Origin: Escherichia coli
Lineage (GTDB): Bacteria; Pseudomonadota; Gammaproteobacteria; Enterobacterales; Enterobacteriaceae
Length of the DNA: 64,000 bases
Direction: 5' to 3' (one strand)
Assembly: GCF_017348835.2 (NCBI RefSeq)
Contig: NZ_CP071375.1
The notes below the pieces were generated by a model that worked only from the letters and a program-made list of their open reading frames with translations, had not been told where the DNA came from and did not search any database. Shown one piece after another: positions 61,685 to 64,000 of this stretch; positions within the stretch are counted from its first letter, which is position 1, and every line of letters begins with the position of its first letter. A program made the translations under genes and the position numbers.

Positions 61685-62956
61685 ATGGAAGACGACTGCG
61701 ACATTATTATTATTGGTGCCGGTATTGCAGGCACCGCTTGTGCGTTACGCTGCGCGCGAGCGGGTTTATCCGTTTTGTTACTGGAACGCGCTGAAATCCC
61801 CGGCAGCAAAAATCTTTCCGGCGGGCGGTTATATACCCATGCACTCGCGGAACTCCTCCCGCAATTTCATCTGACCGCGCCTCTTGAACGACGCATCACT
61901 CACGAAAGCCTTTCCCTGTTAACGCCGGATGGCGCAACGACGTTTTCCAGCTTACAGCCCGGCGGTGAATCCTGGAGTGTATTACGTGCACGGTTCGATC
62001 CGTGGCTGGTTGCCGAAGCCGAAAAAGAAGGTGTCGAATGCATCCCTGGTGCGACGGTGGATGCACTGTATGAAGAAAACGGCAGGGTGTGTGGTGTCAT
62101 TTGTGGTGACGATATTCTCCGCGCCCGTTATGTGGTGCTGGCAGAAGGTGCCAACAGCGTCCTGGCTGAACGTCACGAGTTAGTGACTCGTCCTGCTGGC
62201 GAAGCGATGGCGTTGGGGATCAAAGAAGTGCTGTCGCTGGAAACATCCGCTATTGAAGAACGTTTTCATCTGGAGAATAACGAAGGCGCAGCGTTGCTGT
62301 TCAGTGGCGGAATCTGTGATGACTTTCCCGGCGGCGCATTTCTTTATACTAATCAACAAACGCTCTCGTTAGGGATTGTTTGCCCGCTCTCTTCCCTTAC
62401 GCAAAGCCGTGTTCCGGCAAGCGAGCTGCTGACTCGCTTTAAAGCGCATCCGGCAGTGCGCCCGCTTATCAAAAACACGGAATCACTGGAGTATGGTGCG
62501 CATCTGGTGCCAGAAGGTGGCTTGCACAGTATGCCGGTACAATACGCCGGTAACGGCTGGCTGCTGGTGGGCGATGCGTTACGCAGTTGCGTCAATACCG
62601 GAATCTCCGTGCGCGGCATGGATATGGCGCTGACTGGCGCACAGGCGGCGGCACAAACGCTGATAAGCGCCTGCCAGCACCGCGAGCCGCAAAATCTGTT
62701 TCCGCTTTATCATCACAACGTAGAGCGCAGCCTGCTGTGGGATGTTCTACAGCGTTATCAGCATGTTCCGGCGCTTTTGCAACGCCCTGGCTGGTATCGG
62801 GCGTGGCCTGCGTTAATGCAGGATATTTCCCGCGATTTATGGGATCAGGGTGATAAACCTGTTCCACCGCTGCGCCAATTATTCTGGCGTCATTTACATC
62901 GTCACGGCCTGTGGCATCTGGCGGGCGATTTTATCAGGAGTCTGCGATGTCTGTAG
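61685..62956 (+). CDS. ygcN: FAD-dependent oxidoreductase (ETF-QO/FixC-like)
   Basis: 423 aa from MEDDCDIIIIGAGIAGTACA (FAD-binding GxGxxG). Confidence 0.85.
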   Translation: MEDDCDIIIIGAGIAGTACALRCARAGLSVLLLERAEIPGSKNLSGGRLYTHALAELLPQFHLTAPLERRITHESLSLLTPDGATTFSSLQPGGESWSVLRARFDPWLVAEAEKEGVECIPGATVDALYEENGRVCGVICGDDILRARYVVLAEGANSVLAERHELVTRPAGEAMALGIKEVLSLETSAIEERFHLENNEGAALLFSGGICDDFPGGAFLYTNQQTLSLGIVCPLSSLTQSRVPASELLTRFKAHPAVRPLIKNTESLEYGAHLVPEGGLHSMPVQYAGNGWLLVGDALRSCVNTGISVRGMDMALTGAQAAAQTLISACQHREPQNLFPLYHHNVERSLLWDVLQRYQHVPALLQRPGWYRAWPALMQDISRDLWDQGDKPVPPLRQLFWRHLHRHGLWHLAGDFIRSLRCL

Positions 62957-63207
62957 CCCGTAATCTCTGGCGCGTTGCTGATGCGCCACACATTGTTCCG
63001 GCTGACTCCGTTGAGCGCCAGACGGTACAACGGTTGATTAATGCCTGTCCGGCAGGTCTTTTTTCGCTCACACCGGAAGGTGACTTACGCGTTGATTATC
63101 ACGGCTGCCTGGAGTGTGGCACCTGCCGTCTGCTGTGCGACGAAAAAACACTACAACAGTGGCGCTATCCGCCTTCCGGATTCGGCATCACCTACCGCTT
63201 TGGATAA
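62947..63207 (+). CDS. ygcO: ferredoxin-like protein (FixX-like)
   Basis: 86 aa from MSVARNLWRV with a CxxC...C cluster; overlaps the ygcN 3' end. Confidence 0.8.
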   Translation: MSVARNLWRVADAPHIVPADSVERQTVQRLINACPAGLFSLTPEGDLRVDYHGCLECGTCRLLCDEKTLQQWRYPPSGFGITYRFG

Positions 63208-63223
63208 ATAATAAGGATAATTT

Positions 63224-63799
63224 ATGCCCCTCTTACACCTGCTCCGCCAGAATCCGGTGATTGCTGCCGTTAAAGATAATGCCAGCCTGCAACTGGCAAT
63301 CGATTCTGAATGCCAATTTATTTCCGTGTTGTACGGCAATATCTGCACCATCAGTAATATCGTTAAAAAGATTAAGAACGCCGGGAAATATGCTTTTATT
63401 CATGTTGATTTGCTGGAAGGCGCGTCAAATAAAGAAGTCGTTATTCAGTTTTTGAAACTGGTGACCGAGGCGGACGGCATTATCAGTACCAAAGCCTCAA
63501 TGTTGAAAGCGGCAAGAGCGGAAGGTTTTTTCTGTATTCATCGCCTGTTTATTGTTGATTCGATTTCGTTTCACAACATTGATAAGCAAGTTGCGCAATC
63601 GAATCCGGATTGTATTGAGATCCTGCCAGGCTGCATGCCCAAAGTGCTGGGCTGGGTGACGGAAAAAATCCGCCAACCGCTGATTGCTGGCGGGCTGGTA
63701 TGCGATGAAGAAGATGCGCGTAATGCGATTAACGCGGGTGTCGTGGCGCTTTCCACCACGAATACCGGAGTCTGGACGTTAGCGAAAAAATTGCTTTGA
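63224..63799 (+). CDS. ygcP: GlpP-like putative antiterminator
   Basis: 191-aa ORF in conserved order after ygcNO. Confidence 0.8.
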   Translation: MPLLHLLRQNPVIAAVKDNASLQLAIDSECQFISVLYGNICTISNIVKKIKNAGKYAFIHVDLLEGASNKEVVIQFLKLVTEADGIISTKASMLKAARAEGFFCIHRLFIVDSISFHNIDKQVAQSNPDCIEILPGCMPKVLGWVTEKIRQPLIAGGLVCDEEDARNAINAGVVALSTTNTGVWTLAKKLL

Positions 63800-63836
63800 C
63801 GGGATAATCGTAACCAATTGAATTTGGTTTGATTTG

Positions 63837-63902
63837 TAGGCCGCACGCCACATCCGACATTCAGCGCCTGATGCGACGCTTAACACGTCTTATCAGGCCT
63901 AC
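63837..63902. repeat. REP element pair
   Basis: gtaggccgcacgccacatccgacattcagcgcctgatgcgacgcttaacacgtcttatcaggcctac contains two inverted REP-like units. Confidence 0.55.
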
Positions 63903-64000
63903 AGGTCCCCAGTCCAGAACCGTAGGCAGGATCATCCGGCAACACGTTATTGGCAATCTGCGTGAATGGTTGTCACCAGTGCCTCCAGCACCACTTTCCA

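Noticed and set aside
63903-64000. Possible 3' end of a minus-strand gene at the window edge
   Set aside because: Gene order suggests another gene follows ygcP, but only about 100 nt are present and I could not confirm a frame or a stop; not reported as a feature.

Overview
This window reads as an Escherichia coli-type chromosome segment, collinear with the K-12 map around 61-62 min: srlBD-gutM-srlR-gutQ, norRVW, hypF-hydN, ascGFB, hycIHGFEDCBA / hypABCDE-fhlA, ygbA, mutS, pphB, rpoS-nlpD-pcm-surE-truD-ispFD-ftsB-ygbE, cysCND, iap, a CRISPR-Cas I-E locus, cysHIJ, queD and ygcNOP. All gene names are assigned from memory of the protein families; no database search was run. Most of the window is ordinary, well-described core genome. 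Against that backbone I see four strain-specific regions. (1) A ~1.8 kb insertion between ascB and hycI carries a HigB/HigA-like toxin-antitoxin pair and a 257-aa signal-peptide protein of unknown function. (2) The mutS-rpoS segment carries a ubiX/ubiD-like decarboxylase cluster with a divergent MarR-family regulator in place of the K-12 ygbI-N genes. (3) The CRISPR-Cas locus is decayed: a short array, a deletion fusing the cse2 5' end to the cas2 3' end, and cas3 split at codon 36 by an IS629-like element with a 3-bp GTG duplication. (4) An intact hok-family toxin ORF sits upstream of cas3, next to an IS481-like transposase gene. I did not find a complete, clearly novel multi-gene system; the least explained element is the 257-aa secreted protein next to the HigBA-like pair. 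No tRNA, rRNA or prophage structural genes were seen.
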